DNA of 64,000 nt from an uncultured virus (IMG/VR IMGVR_UViG_3300022660_000072) (lineage: Duplodnaviria; Heunggongvirae; Uroviricota; Caudoviricetes): the IMG/VR virus record IMGVR_UViG_3300022660_000072. The stretch is one strand, 5' to 3'. Shown in pieces: positions 19,306-30,589 of the stretch (its first letter is position 1; each line of letters opens with the position of its first letter). The notes under the pieces are model-generated. The model did not search any database. It saw only the letters and a list, made by a program, of their open reading frames with translations, and was not told where the DNA came from. A program made the position numbers and the translations under genes.

Positions 19306-20110
19306 GGTCATAATGACCACATCCAATACTGATGAAATGTATGGGAAGTATCTTGTAAAGCCGCTTTTCCGTAAGTGGTATGAGAACTTCCTTGATGAAG
19401 ATTCTGGAGAAATAATCCAAGTTGAACGTAATGAAATGGTCTTGGAGAAAGGAACACACCTGCTGCATGATCAGCTAGCAGTGATAAACTTCCACCTCCA
19501 GGCAGGAGACGTTACAGAGGTGACAGTTTCCGATCAGAAAAGGTGTGGAGTCTTCGCTACAGGTTGGGGCGTTCAGCCTTGGTGTGTCACAGCAAAGCTG
19601 ACGAAGAAGCACAAGTATCTGCTGTTCGCAAGAAACATCTTCCAGGCTCTTGAGATTGCAGAGGATTACCTAGAGCTTCATTGTGACATAAACTTCTCTC
19701 TAACGTCAGCAAAGGAGTACAAGGACCACATCTTCATCTTCGATGATACAGTGAAATTAGTCGAGGATAAAGGCGTGGAAAAGCCAGAGAACGAAGTGAA
19801 CGAGGAGAAAGTGTATGTCTACATGTTCTATTCGATTGAAGCGAATGTGACTCTTGGAGAAGACAACGAAAGGTCGTACCGGTTCTTGATTTACGCAAAG
19901 GATGTGGAGGATGCCAAGTTGAAGATTGAGAAGCATGTCCGTGAGAAGATAGCACAGAAGTCGGATGAAAACGGACTTGGTGTTGTGGATTCCTACATAG
20001 CCCAGGAGAGTATGAAGATTAACGTGATTTCAGCCACAAAGGTTAACTGTGCAGGAGTTATAGGACTTGAGTTCACAGAAGCCTACAACAAGCCAAAGGA
20101 GGAGGAATAA
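19268..20110 (+). CDS. Protein with RNA polymerase beta insert-like N-terminal segment
   Basis: KWYENFLDEDSGEIIQVERNEMVLEKG resembles the Bacteroidetes RpoB segment W.EDFVDEDTGEVVSIERNE (from memory). Confidence 0.55.
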   Translation: MKENKKIQTKKNEVIMTTSNTDEMYGKYLVKPLFRKWYENFLDEDSGEIIQVERNEMVLEKGTHLLHDQLAVINFHLQAGDVTEVTVSDQKRCGVFATGWGVQPWCVTAKLTKKHKYLLFARNIFQALEIAEDYLELHCDINFSLTSAKEYKDHIFIFDDTVKLVEDKGVEKPENEVNEEKVYVYMFYSIEANVTLGEDNERSYRFLIYAKDVEDAKLKIEKHVREKIAQKSDENGLGVVDSYIAQESMKINVISATKVNCAGVIGLEFTEAYNKPKEEE

Positions 20111-20388
20111 TGGAAGTTGTAATTTTTGTTGATGAATGTTACCGCGAAAGGTATCCTATTGAAAAAAGACGTGCTATTAGCCAATTTATTGATGAAGCTG
20201 TATTTGAATTACAAAGAGTCCCTCTTAAAGGTGAAAGCATTCAAATTATTATAGGCGGTAATGGGTTTTTCGGAAAAGTAACAGATGATCCTTACGTACG
20301 CATTAGCTTTACAAATGGTTATATGAAAGAAGATTATTGCGTTTCTATAGATCTTGATACTGTGGATTTAGGCGGATATAAAAAATGA
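20110..20388 (+). CDS. Hypothetical protein
   Basis: 92 aa. Confidence 0.55.
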   Translation: MEVVIFVDECYRERYPIEKRRAISQFIDEAVFELQRVPLKGESIQIIIGGNGFFGKVTDDPYVRISFTNGYMKEDYCVSIDLDTVDLGGYKK

Positions 20389-20396
20389 AGTAAGTT

Positions 20397-20717
20397 ATGA
20401 ATTATTCAAACATAGAGCTTCACTGGGATGACAGAAAAGAGATTCTTGTATTGGCAGAAGACAAGAAGTCTGTATGCAGAATCCACATCTACAAGGATGA
20501 AGAGAAGACAGCTTATCTGACGGATTTGCACGTCCTTGAAGAAGTAAGACAGCAGGGCAGGGGAAACGAAATACTTGATTACTGCACAAGTGTGGCTAAG
20601 GAAAACGGATGTACCAATATTGAACTGAGGTGCGATTCTGTAGGATGGCTCAGTGAATGGTATATAAGAAAAGGATTCAACGTTGTTGGATTACAGCTAA
20701 ACAAATCAATAGAGTAA
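20397..20717 (+). CDS. GNAT acetyltransferase
   Basis: YLTDLHV.EE.RQQGRG..IL motif A; WYIRKGF. Confidence 0.85.
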   Translation: MNYSNIELHWDDRKEILVLAEDKKSVCRIHIYKDEEKTAYLTDLHVLEEVRQQGRGNEILDYCTSVAKENGCTNIELRCDSVGWLSEWYIRKGFNVVGLQLNKSIE

Positions 20718-20720
20718 GTT

Positions 20721-23302
20721 ATGGAAAAAGTAAATGAAATCAGCCGTAGATGGCACAAAACAAATGCTGAAATACGTAGGATAGAAGATACCATTGGAAA
20801 GTTGGAAGATATATCAACCTTCGGAGGGTACAAGATAACCTTTGAAAAGAGCACAAGAGGTACAGCCGCACCTGCAAAGGTAGAGCTTGAAGCAAAGTTC
20901 CCTGGAGACCTTTCAATAGCAGTGGAAGTGATGGCAGAAGCCATTTCTGCATACAATACTTTGCTTGCTGAATTGAAGAAGGATATTGCAGAGATTGATT
21001 CGATCATGAAAAGTCCACAAGTAAAAGGTTGTTAGATATGATGTTCTTTTCTCAGATATGTACAGATGTTGAGCAGAGCGAACGTCTGATTGCATTAGGC
21101 TTGAAAAAGGAAACAGCAGACATGGTTCATATGGCTGGAGAGTTGCGGAAATACTATCATCCTAAAGCCTTGCCTGTTTTTGCTGAAGATTATTTTAGGG
21201 TGTTTCCGGATGTTCTCCCTGCTTGGAGTCTGCACAGGCTGATTGAGCTTGCTTACGGTAATTGGAAAGAAGATATTGTACCAGTTTATCTTGGAAATGC
21301 TTACGACATGCTTATTGGAAGAATTGAATTTCAAGTTAAACAAGGAAAATTTAACAATGAGTATTTGGTATGAAACCGCACAAAATTATTACAGGACCAA
21401 TGTTTTTAATGTTGTTCTTGATTACAGCCCCTTTGCAGTGGTTGTTGATGCATATTTTCGGATTCATCTGTAACCTGCATAATTGGGTGTTGATGAATTT
21501 TATGGAAAGTTTTAAGAGAGAATAGTTATGAAATTTAGAGAAAAGAAGTCCATCTGTGATTTGATAGATGAGTATCACTGGGAAAACGACAGTTTAATCA
21601 TTTATGTGCTTCTCTGTAACATACAAGAGCTGTTGGAGTTTGTCTATCAGAACATTGACGACAGCTATGAAGCAGAACATGGCAGTATTCCTATGTATGC
21701 AGATGCAATGCATATTTGTATAGAGAACTTTGATACTGTTCTTTCGTTTATGGATTTGTCAGAAGATGAGATTAAAGATATGTTTGAGGAGTAATAGCCA
21801 TGGATAGAGAAACATTCAAAAAAGCTCAAAAAATAGACGATGACATCAAGCACTGTGAGAGAGCTAAAAAAGACCTTGAGGCACAGTGTAAAATATTCTT
21901 AGAAAGAGGAATGCTCGATATAACCAATCTGTCTTTTGATGAAGGTTTGAGAGAGGTAATGATTGACTTTTTCAAAAGTGAGATAAGTAGGCTTGAAGAA
22001 GAATTAAAAGAACTGTAGCCATGTCAAATTTTTACAAGATAAGAAAGATTCGATCTGCAAGAAAGGAGCATACATGCTACCTGTGCGGAGAGAAGATTAA
22101 GAAAGGTGCTCAGTACACGCACTATGTTGGTTCCGGCCCTGATGGATTCTTTTCGATGGACCTGGATGAAGACTGTTACGATGTTGTAGAGGAATACTGT
22201 GCTGAATTATATGACCAGGATGACGGATGGGACGATGAAATGGTGATGGACTTCGTAAGAGAAAGCATCAATGACGCAGGATGGGAAGTCCCGGAAACAA
22301 GAGCACAGCAAATCAGAATGTTTTTAGGATTATAAGAAAAGTAAGTTATGTACAAGGTAAGTAAGGATTATGGAAGATTCAGGGAGCTACTGGATCAAGG
22401 CTATCAGCTTGTATGCTTCGCTGATTATAAGCCAATATATGACCGTATGGAAAGGCTTGTAGTCAAAGCTCAAAGAATAGACTACGATAACGGACAAAGG
22501 TACTGGTATAAAGTAGCCACACATGGTATTGGTGTTGGTGCCTGGAATTCAGCATGGTTGAATGATGATAGCGGATTGTATGAGAAGAATCCGGAAGATA
22601 TTTGGAAGTTTGTAAACCTTTCGTTTATCGATCCGGACTATTCAAGGAATGATGAAGATGAAAGAGAGAATATATTGTGCTAATCTAATAAAGTAAGTTA
22701 TGAAAGTAGAAGAATTAAGTTATTCGTCAGTGGTCTACAAGGTCAATGAAGATAAGATTGAAAAGGTAGTCATTAGAAGTATCCGTAAGAAAGAAGTTGA
22801 AGGTAAAAGTAAATTTATCATCAACGAGGATAGGTATGGCGATGGATATGAATGCGAAGAAGGAGACACAAAAGCGTATTTCAAACAAAGTACAAGTGTT
22901 TGTTTGTGGTTCGATCTTGAAGAAGCAAGACTTGAGCAAGCTATAAAGAGAGAGCAGGTAATTGCCGAAGCTCACAAAAGAGCACAGAGTGCATTGTCGT
23001 TCTACAACGATGTCGTGCTTAAATATTTGAACGCACCAATAAGTAACCCGGAATAAGTTATGGGAAATTACAACATGAGTTTCGAAGAAGCACAGGAATA
23101 TGCTTCAAAGAGAGGAATAGATATTCCTTGGAATGATGGAGATATCTTCATTGACGAAAGAGAAATGATAAGAACAGTAGGTAATATAATCAGGTGGGCT
23201 GATGATACTATGCTTGAAAAAGTAGAAGAGTGGCTTAGAAAGAAAGGTAAAGGACAAATGATAGGTAGTTTAAATCGGTTTTTAGAGGAGGAACAGCTAT
23301 GA
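20721..23302 (+). CDS. Run of small hypothetical genes (20721-21035, 21029-21373, 21528-21794, 21800-22018, 22021-22335, 22348-22683, 22700-23056, 23060-23302)
   Basis: Tightly packed plus-strand ORFs, several preceded by (AG)TAAGTTATG; 22021 has ARKEHTCYLC zinc-finger-like motif. Confidence 0.6.
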
Positions 23303-23682
23303 AAATTCTAGATTTAGTGCTGATGCACAAGTGGTACGACATGATAGAAATAGGCCAAAAGCCTGTTGAATACCGAAAGGCTATCCCACATTGGATAAAA
23401 AGACTGATGCTCCAATATGACACCTCTGCCGGTAAGCATATTGAAATAGATAATCTAACTGCACAATACTTTGCTGATGTTCCTAATGCTATTACAGCAG
23501 GCTTATTAAGTGGAGAATTAAAGTTTAAAGACTACGATGCTGTTAGATTCAGACGAGGCTATACCAAGACATCTATGTTGTTTGAGATATCTGGAATGTA
23601 TTTCGGATATGGCATGTATCCACACGCAGGTGCACCACGTAATGAAACAGTATTCAATATAGTATTAGGTAAAAGATTATGA
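23299..23682 (+). CDS. ASCH/PUA-like domain protein
   Basis: L.LMHKWYDMI..GQK.VEYR; YDAVRFRRGY. Confidence 0.75.
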   Translation: MKILDLVLMHKWYDMIEIGQKPVEYRKAIPHWIKRLMLQYDTSAGKHIEIDNLTAQYFADVPNAITAGLLSGELKFKDYDAVRFRRGYTKTSMLFEISGMYFGYGMYPHAGAPRNETVFNIVLGKRL

Positions 23683-24689
23683 CAACAAAAGAACTGATGA
23701 TAGGTGACATCATAGGAGTCACACACGAAGAACTCGGCCTGGTGTATGCCAAGGTTGAATACATCAATGAGACTGGCGACCTTATGGTCAGAGCAGACAA
23801 TGATTACATGAATGGAGGTTACGAATGCACTGTTAAAGAGTGTCAGCCTATTGAAATAGAATTTGTGCATATGTTTCCGTACCTCAATCCCATAGTTATA
23901 AACAAGAGCATTGAGCTTAATGGTGTAGGATTGGGATTCACTCTCAAAAAAGAAGATGACACGCACATAGTCCTTGAGTATCCTATGTTTGGACGTATCA
24001 ATATCTATAGCCTCTATGTGCATGAGTTACAGCATGCTATAAGAATGTTAGGAGTTGATGATAAAGCAAAGATAGTGATACGATGAGAAAGCCGTGTACT
24101 GATTGTCCACACAATAGAAAAAGACAGATACCCCCTTACGATGGATCAAGAGGAAGTACATGGCATAGCTGTTATTTACTAGGATTCTATATGGGTTATC
24201 ATGAAATGATTGCAAATTGTGTGGACTATGCAGAATACCTGGTATGGCAGAGAGTAAATAGAAAGAAACGTAAAAAGAAATAGACATGGAACACGACAAA
24301 AACCCCTTCGGAGAAGCATTGGTTGCATTCTTAAATGCTGTAGAGGCAATGCGTGAAGCCCAGAAGTCTTACTTCAAGACCAGGAACAGTGACGATCTGA
24401 AAAGAAGCAAGGAGCTTGAACGTAAAGTAGATGACATGATAGCTTATGTAAGAAGACCAAAATTGTTTTGATTATGGGAAGAAGACCAAGCCAAAGATGT
24501 TCAGATTGTGAGCATTGGCAGCCAGGAGAAGAATGGCACAGCACAGCTCATCCTAGTTTCATGGTTATATCGCTTGGAGAATGCAAGTTGAGTGGAAAGT
24601 ATAGGCTGAATTGTGATTACAGATGCTTGAAGAATTTTAAGCAAAAGGAAGTAAAGGGAATCGTTATAGTAGGAAACGCTAAAAGATAA
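23679..24689 (+). CDS. Four small hypothetical genes (23679-24086, 24083-24283, 24286-24471, 24468-24689)
   Basis: Overlapping start/stop codons. Confidence 0.55.
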
Positions 24690-24702
24690 AAAAAGTAAGT
24701 TT

Positions 24703-25278
24703 ATGTCAATGCAAGAAAGTTGGAAAATAATTGAAGATACTCAAGGACGATACGAGGTTAGTACAAAAGGCCGTGTTCGCTCAACTAATAGAACTGTTGT
24801 TTATAAGGATGGTAGAGTATTTCATTACGCCCCAAAAGTTAGAAAACTTTGGAGTGATAGAGATGGCTATTTAATATGTGGTATAAGAAATAAAGGAAAG
24901 CTAATTGGTATAAGAGTTCATAGAGCAGTAGCTACAGCTTTCATAGAAAATCCACAAAACAAGAGAGAGATAAACCACAAAAATGGTATAAAGACTGATA
25001 ACCGCGTGGAGAACTTAGAATGGGTTACAAGTTCAGAGAATAAAGTTCACGCTTGTAAGTTAGGTTTGTCTGATCCGGCAAAGAATGTAAGGCCCAAGAG
25101 AGGTACTGAACATTATTTGTGCAAGGTTTTAATAGCATATAAAGATGGTGTCGAGGTAAAAAGATATTGTCCTATAAGTGAAGCTTCAAAAGATGGTATC
25201 AGTTTAGGCACGCTATTCCGTCAAATGAAAAGAGGTAGACCCTATAAAGGAATGATGTTTAAGAAAGTTAAGATATGA
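24703..25278 (+). CDS. NUMOD4-HNH homing endonuclease (free-standing)
   Basis: WK.I....GRYEVS..GRVRS; VHR.VA.AFI.NP; INHKNG.K.DN..ENLEW. Confidence 0.9.
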   Translation: MSMQESWKIIEDTQGRYEVSTKGRVRSTNRTVVYKDGRVFHYAPKVRKLWSDRDGYLICGIRNKGKLIGIRVHRAVATAFIENPQNKREINHKNGIKTDNRVENLEWVTSSENKVHACKLGLSDPAKNVRPKRGTEHYLCKVLIAYKDGVEVKRYCPISEASKDGISLGTLFRQMKRGRPYKGMMFKKVKI

Positions 25279-25667
25279 GAAATTTAGAAAGTCAATTACA
25301 GCAAGAGGTTATTCGTTGGTTCCGCTTCCAATATCCAAAGTATGCTCAGGTGTTGATTCACGTTCCGAATGAAGGAAAGAGAAACACAAAGATGGTGCAT
25401 ACCAAGTATGGTATGAAAGTAGTATGCAGTTCCGGAGCAAGGCTAAAGGCAGAAGGACTGGTTGCAGGAGTTGCAGATCTGCTTCTGCTCACTCCAAACA
25501 AGGAGTACGGAAGCCTGGCGATAGAAATGAAGACTCCTACCGGAAGACTGTCTGACTCCCAAAAGGTGTGGAGAGAGGAGTTTGAGAAGGCTGGAAACAA
25601 GTATGTGGTCTGCCGTACATTTGAGCAATTCATGTGTGAGGTTGTAGACTATATGAAAAATAAATGA
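25275..25667 (+). CDS. VRR-NUC domain nuclease (resolvase-like)
   Basis: ES.LQ, HVPNEG, GVADL, IEMK, SDSQK.W. Confidence 0.88.
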   Translation: MRNLESQLQQEVIRWFRFQYPKYAQVLIHVPNEGKRNTKMVHTKYGMKVVCSSGARLKAEGLVAGVADLLLLTPNKEYGSLAIEMKTPTGRLSDSQKVWREEFEKAGNKYVVCRTFEQFMCEVVDYMKNK

Positions 25668-25766
25668 TAAAACTTGTTAATTTGCTGAAAATAAATGAGT
25701 TATGATTTTCTCAATTCAAAATCATTGACTACCTTTATAGAAGCAAACAGCTAAAGAAAGTAAGTT

Positions 25767-26258
25767 ATGAATGAGTTTGAATTGGCAATCAAGTCGCATC
25801 TAGACAAGGTTGCATCGGAAGACCCTGCGTTCGCAGAGAAGTATCGCACCAAGTGCGAAGTTGAAAATGACAGCATAGAGAAGTGCTGCAATTACATCAT
25901 CAGTGAAGTCAAGAAGTTGAAGCGCCAGGCTATGACCGATGCCGAGGTGTTCGGTATGGCTATGCACTATTTCGATGAAGACATCAAGTTTGATGGCAAG
26001 GCACCTCAATGCAAGGTAGTAGTATCCCACGAAAGTCTGTCAGAAGAAGACCAGGAGAGGATCCGTCGCCAGGCACAGGAGGAGATTGAGAAGGATGCTG
26101 TAGAGCAAGCCAAGAAAAAGCTTCTTGAGGAGAAGAAGAAAGAGGAGGAAAAGGCTAAGAAGAAAGCTGAGGATGCAGAGAAGAAGCGAAAGGAAATGCT
26201 TGAGAAGCAGAAAGAGGAGTATGCCGGAGGTGGTCTGTTGTTTGGCTTTGATGACTAG
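25767..26258 (+). CDS. PcfK-like (AcrIIA9-related) protein
   Basis: IK..LD..A..D..FA, CCNYI..EVKK, MTD.EVFGMA.HYFDE. Confidence 0.8.
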   Translation: MNEFELAIKSHLDKVASEDPAFAEKYRTKCEVENDSIEKCCNYIISEVKKLKRQAMTDAEVFGMAMHYFDEDIKFDGKAPQCKVVVSHESLSEEDQERIRRQAQEEIEKDAVEQAKKKLLEEKKKEEEKAKKKAEDAEKKRKEMLEKQKEEYAGGGLLFGFDD

Positions 26259-26263
26259 GCGTT

Positions 26264-27532
26264 ATGAAACCAAGAACTGCACAAGAAAAGGAAGTAGTTG
26301 CCTTGAGTGCAACGCTTCCTCCTATTACTGAAAAGCAGATAGAAGAAGCTCGCAGGTCCCATAATCACATGTACCACAGCAACGCATCTTCGTGGTGTGA
26401 CCATTGTGGCTATGTGTGGAAGCAGGAGGTAAAGAGTGGTAGCAAGAAGGAATGGTATAGGTGTCCTCATTGTGGAACGAAGCTGTACATCAAGAATGTC
26501 AAAAGAAAGACCATAAGCCATGATTCATACTATTTCGCATTGGTTCAAACTTGTGGTGGTTATCAGGTCGTTCGTAGTTTCATGTGCAACAGAGCTTCCA
26601 GGAGAGAAGTAGGTATCGTTTATTGGTCTTGTGACGAGGTGTTCCAAGTATGGATGAAGCCTGGATGTAAGAATCACTATATGGCAAGGTGTGTAAACAT
26701 TGGTACTTACTATGTCGATTCATGGAAAATGAGTACGAGGCTAACATTGAAGCAGTATCATCATAGATATGAATTGCATGGCTACCTTTCGAAGAAGGTT
26801 GATCTGCTGCCGGTAGTCAAGAGGAATGGTCTCAAGAGAATTCCTTATGATGTACATTACATCCCATTGTTGGAGGGAGTTCTTAATGACCCTCAAATAG
26901 AGATTCTTTTGAAACACAAAGCCTGGAATCTAGTCAAGTATCATCTTAACCACAGAGGCATATCAAAAGACGTATTTGCTTCAATAAGAGTTGCACTGAG
27001 ACATGGGTACAAGATAAGTGATGTAGATTGTTGGGTAGATATGATTTATATGCTCAATAGATGTGGAAAGGATACCAGAAGCCCACGATGGATTTGCCCT
27101 GCAGACCTTAAGTCAGCTCACGATCTTGCAGAAAGGATGTTGAACAGAAAGACTGAGAAAGAGGAGATAGCTCAAATCCTCAAGGATGACGGAGAGGTGA
27201 TGTCAAGGTTTGTTGAAAGATGCGGAAGGTGGCTAGGAGTAGAGATAGTAAGTGGCGATCTGACGATAAAGCCTTTGCAGTCTCTAGTAGATTTTAAGAG
27301 AGAAGGTGACACACTGCATCATTGTGTGTTCAGTGGTAAGTATTATGACAGAGAATACACCCTTATCCTTGGAGCAAGAGTTAACGGAGTAAGGACAGAG
27401 ACCATAGAAGTTGATACAAGAGACTGGAGAGTTGTTCAGTGCAGAGGTAATAGTAATCAGAAGAGCAAATATCATGACAGGATCCTGTCGACAGTAAATA
27501 AGAACATGAATAAGTTTAGACAATGCGTATGA
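26264..27532 (+). CDS. PcfJ-like protein
   Basis: MKPRT start, CxxC pairs, P.DL..AHD, EG..LHHCV, ETIEV, QCRG..N. Confidence 0.85.
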   Translation: MKPRTAQEKEVVALSATLPPITEKQIEEARRSHNHMYHSNASSWCDHCGYVWKQEVKSGSKKEWYRCPHCGTKLYIKNVKRKTISHDSYYFALVQTCGGYQVVRSFMCNRASRREVGIVYWSCDEVFQVWMKPGCKNHYMARCVNIGTYYVDSWKMSTRLTLKQYHHRYELHGYLSKKVDLLPVVKRNGLKRIPYDVHYIPLLEGVLNDPQIEILLKHKAWNLVKYHLNHRGISKDVFASIRVALRHGYKISDVDCWVDMIYMLNRCGKDTRSPRWICPADLKSAHDLAERMLNRKTEKEEIAQILKDDGEVMSRFVERCGRWLGVEIVSGDLTIKPLQSLVDFKREGDTLHHCVFSGKYYDREYTLILGARVNGVRTETIEVDTRDWRVVQCRGNSNQKSKYHDRILSTVNKNMNKFRQCV

Positions 27533-27777
27533 CAACAGTAGAGATTATAACCTCGCTTGTAGGTTTTTTGATTTGTGCCATAGTAGTAGCTCTTGTAGGA
27601 GTTGTAATAGCAGGAATCCTGTGGCATTTGTTTGTAAAGAACATGAATGAAGATATAGAAAGAGTAAGTAATGATGAAGTTGACCATGACCAACCAATGT
27701 CTTAGATATTTCCACTACCTCAATGGTAAGTGCGTTGCAAGTACAGGAAGTTATTGTTTAATAATGAGGACTAGGAT

Positions 27778-28133
27778 ATGAAAGCAGGAAATGAAACACC
27801 AAAAGCAATGTATTTGTATAATCCGTACATAGAGACATGTTTTCCGATTTATAAGCCGATGCCACGGTTCAAGAGGTGGTTTTGGAGGTTATTGTTAGGA
27901 TTTGAATATAGGGAGGAAAGGAAATGAACTTGAGTTTATGGGATACTCCATCAGAGTATTTTCAGTTAGAGCATCCTCGCAGACCATTCCCAGTTATGCC
28001 ATTATTGGTGGTCAAGAAGAAAGGCGAAGCACCGAAATGCAAGACTTGCAAGAGGTTCTATGACTGCACAAAAAGTCACGGCACGATGACTATGGCTTGT
28101 GATAGATATGAACGAAAAAAGAAAAGGAAATGA
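27778..28133 (+). CDS. Two small hypothetical genes (27778-27927, 27924-28133)
   Basis: ATGA-coupled ORFs. Confidence 0.5.
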
Positions 28134-28495
28134 GAAAATCAATACCACACAAAGTAAGACAAGAGGTCTATGAGAAATACAACGGGCATTGTGCTTACTG
28201 CGGATGCGAACTTGACATCAAGCATATGCAGGTTGACCATCTTGATAGTGTGTACCGAGCAGAAGCCGAAGGAAGGAACGCAAGCAATGATATAGAGAAT
28301 CTTATGCCTGCCTGCCGTACGTGCAATTTCTATAAGGGAACAGCAACTATCGAAGAGCTGAGAAGAAAGTTACGCACATTTGAAGCGGTGTACCTTGCGG
28401 AGCATTTCAACACAAGACTTGCGGTTAAATATGGTATGGTTGCCTTAAATCATTGGGATGGTAAGTTTTACTTTGAAAAGGAGGAAAGGAAATGA
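28130..28495 (+). CDS. HNH endonuclease
   Basis: GHCAYCG, MQVDH, NLMPACRTCNFYK. Confidence 0.9.
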   Translation: MRKSIPHKVRQEVYEKYNGHCAYCGCELDIKHMQVDHLDSVYRAEAEGRNASNDIENLMPACRTCNFYKGTATIEELRRKLRTFEAVYLAEHFNTRLAVKYGMVALNHWDGKFYFEKEERK

Positions 28496-28719
28496 CATTC
28501 GGACAATTTATCAAGGTCTTTATGACCGATGCGGGAATGAATCAGAGAGAACTTGCAGAGAAGATTGGTATCAGCACCCCTGTAATGTGCGATATCCTTA
28601 CGAATAAGCGAGGATTCACAACCAAGCAAGCAAAGAGATGCGAGGAGATATTCGGTGTTCCTGCCGTTATTCTAATGATGATGTATGACCTTAAAAAGTT
28701 GGAGGAGGAAAGGAAATGA
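28492..28719 (+). CDS. XRE HTH protein (HigA-like)
   Basis: MNQRELAEKIGIS. Confidence 0.8.
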   Translation: MTFGQFIKVFMTDAGMNQRELAEKIGISTPVMCDILTNKRGFTTKQAKRCEEIFGVPAVILMMMYDLKKLEEERK

Positions 28720-28827
28720 TTGGTGTAAACATAATAATAGCTCTTGTAGCTGCTCTTGTAGGTTTTTGGCTCGGAATTTTAGCGGCAGACAAATAGATTC
28801 AACGGTTGTTTATAAAGTAAGATAGGT

Positions 28828-29601
28828 ATGGAAAAACTTATACTTGGAGATTGTCTCGATAAGATGAAAGATATTGCCGACAAGAGCATAGATATGATTC
28901 TATGTGATTTACCTTACGAAGTGCTGAACAAAGGTAACGAACACGCCCAATGGGATAGGCTTATTCCTTTCGATAAGTTATGGGAACAATACAATCGCAT
29001 AATCAAAGATAATGGTGCGATTGTATTATTTGCACAGGGTATGTTTACAGCTCAACTTATGATGTCAAACCCTAAGATGTGGCGATACAACTTGATTTGG
29101 GATAAAGTTTTAACGAGTGGTTTTTTGAACGCTAAAAAAATGCCACTTAGGTCACACGAGGATATTTGTGTGTTTTACAAAGAGTTGCCTACCTACAATC
29201 CACAAATGACAAAAGGACAGCCACTACACGGCAGAGGAACATCCTACAAGAACAAGGAATTGACCAACAACTGCTACGGTACTCTTAATGTGACGGAAGA
29301 ACATAGGAAAGGAAGTACGGATAAATACCCCAAGTCCATAATAAGGTTTCAAAAGACACATCCAAGCAAATCCGTTCATCCTACGGAAAAGTCTGTTGAG
29401 TTATGTGAGTGGCTCATTAAGACCTATACGACTAAAGGCGATACCATTCTTGACAATACTATGGGTTCAGGCTCTACGGGCGTTGCCTGCGTGAATACAG
29501 AAAGAAATTTCATCGGCATTGAACTAAATGAGGAATACTTCAAGATTGCCGAAAGAAGAATAGAAGAAACCAAGAATGAAATAACAAATAGATTTTTTTA
29601 G
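28828..29601 (+). CDS. Orphan DNA N6/N4-methyltransferase (beta class)
   Basis: GDCL, DLPY, HPTEK, LDNTMGSGSTG, IGIE. Confidence 0.92.
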   Translation: MEKLILGDCLDKMKDIADKSIDMILCDLPYEVLNKGNEHAQWDRLIPFDKLWEQYNRIIKDNGAIVLFAQGMFTAQLMMSNPKMWRYNLIWDKVLTSGFLNAKKMPLRSHEDICVFYKELPTYNPQMTKGQPLHGRGTSYKNKELTNNCYGTLNVTEEHRKGSTDKYPKSIIRFQKTHPSKSVHPTEKSVELCEWLIKTYTTKGDTILDNTMGSGSTGVACVNTERNFIGIELNEEYFKIAERRIEETKNEITNRFF

Positions 29602-29603
29602 TT

Positions 29604-30396
29604 ATGAGCAAATTCAATTTCAAATCAGCCATCTGTACTTCACGCGAACAAAGTGAGAGGTTGTTGGCATTAGGTCTCAAGAAGGAGACTGCGGATGCTA
29701 TTATTCCCATCAAGTTTAACCCAGACAAAGCACCTATATTGGTTCCACAGGATTTTTGGATTTCGGATGACCCATTTTATCGCAATATTCGTGAAGGTTC
29801 TATCCCCGCTTGGTCGCTTGGAAGATTGCTTGAAATTATGAGAATGAAAGCATCTTCTCAAATTGTTCCGTTAGACGATACTTTTGATAGACTTATAGAA
29901 GGTATTGAAACAAGAATCAAGGAAGGGTATTTTAACAAGGAGTATTTGGTATGACACGAAGAGAAGAAATAGAAATCAAAGCATTAAGCGAATACCGAAT
30001 TAAAGAGAAAGAAAACAAAAAGGCTACAGGCACTTATGATGCCAACCTCCCAAGAAGAAAGGCATTTATCGAAGGTGCGAGGTGGGCTGACAAAACTATG
30101 ATTGAAAAGGCTACACAATGGCTCTTTGAGAATGTCTATGACTACCTCAATCCCGAAGACCAAGAAAGAGTTGAATCATTTAGAAAAGAAATGGAGGAAT
30201 AGTCATGAAGATGTGGATAGCAAGAAACTCCGATAACACATTAGAGTTATTCAAGATAAAGCCTAAATCTTTCTACGAAGAAGGAATCGGTCAATATTGG
30301 GTAGGTGGGAATGGCTTGTTTTTAAGAGCGGATTCATTCCCCGAAGTGACCTTCGAGAACAGCCCGATGGAAGTGGAACTTGTAATAAAGAAGTAA
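29604..30396 (+). CDS. Three small hypothetical genes (29604-29954, paralogue of 21029-21373; 29951-30202; 30205-30396)
   Basis: Shared ICT..EQSERL.ALGLKKETAD...PAWSL.RL...FN.EYLV with 21029 gene. Confidence 0.6.
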
Positions 30397-30397
30397 G

Positions 30398-30589
30398 ATG
30401 ATGCTTGGAGAACAGATCAAATCATTACGCAAGAAGAAAGGCTTGTCACAAAAGCAACTTGCAGAGCAGTTAGGTATCTCAACCAATGCTATGTGTAGCA
30501 TAGAGAAAGGGTATGCTTGGCCATCTGGTATCACAATGGAAAAGATGTGCCGACTACTGAATGTCGAACTAAAACTGATTGAGAAATGA
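30398..30589 (+). CDS. XRE HTH regulator
   Basis: IKSLRKKKGLSQKQLAEQLGIS...IEKG. Confidence 0.88.
   Translation: MMLGEQIKSLRKKKGLSQKQLAEQLGISTNAMCSIEKGYAWPSGITMEKMCRLLNVELKLIEK

Noticed and set aside
24703..25278. Group I intron around the HNH endonuclease
   Set aside because: Gene has its own start motif, flanking genes look intact and there is no room for an intron core
28130..28719. HNH-HigA toxin-antitoxin pair
   Set aside because: No dedicated promoter or operator seen; both genes are part of a longer coupled run
28828..29601. Complete restriction-modification system
   Set aside because: Orphan methyltransferase; nearby HNH and distant HsdR-N genes show no clear operon link
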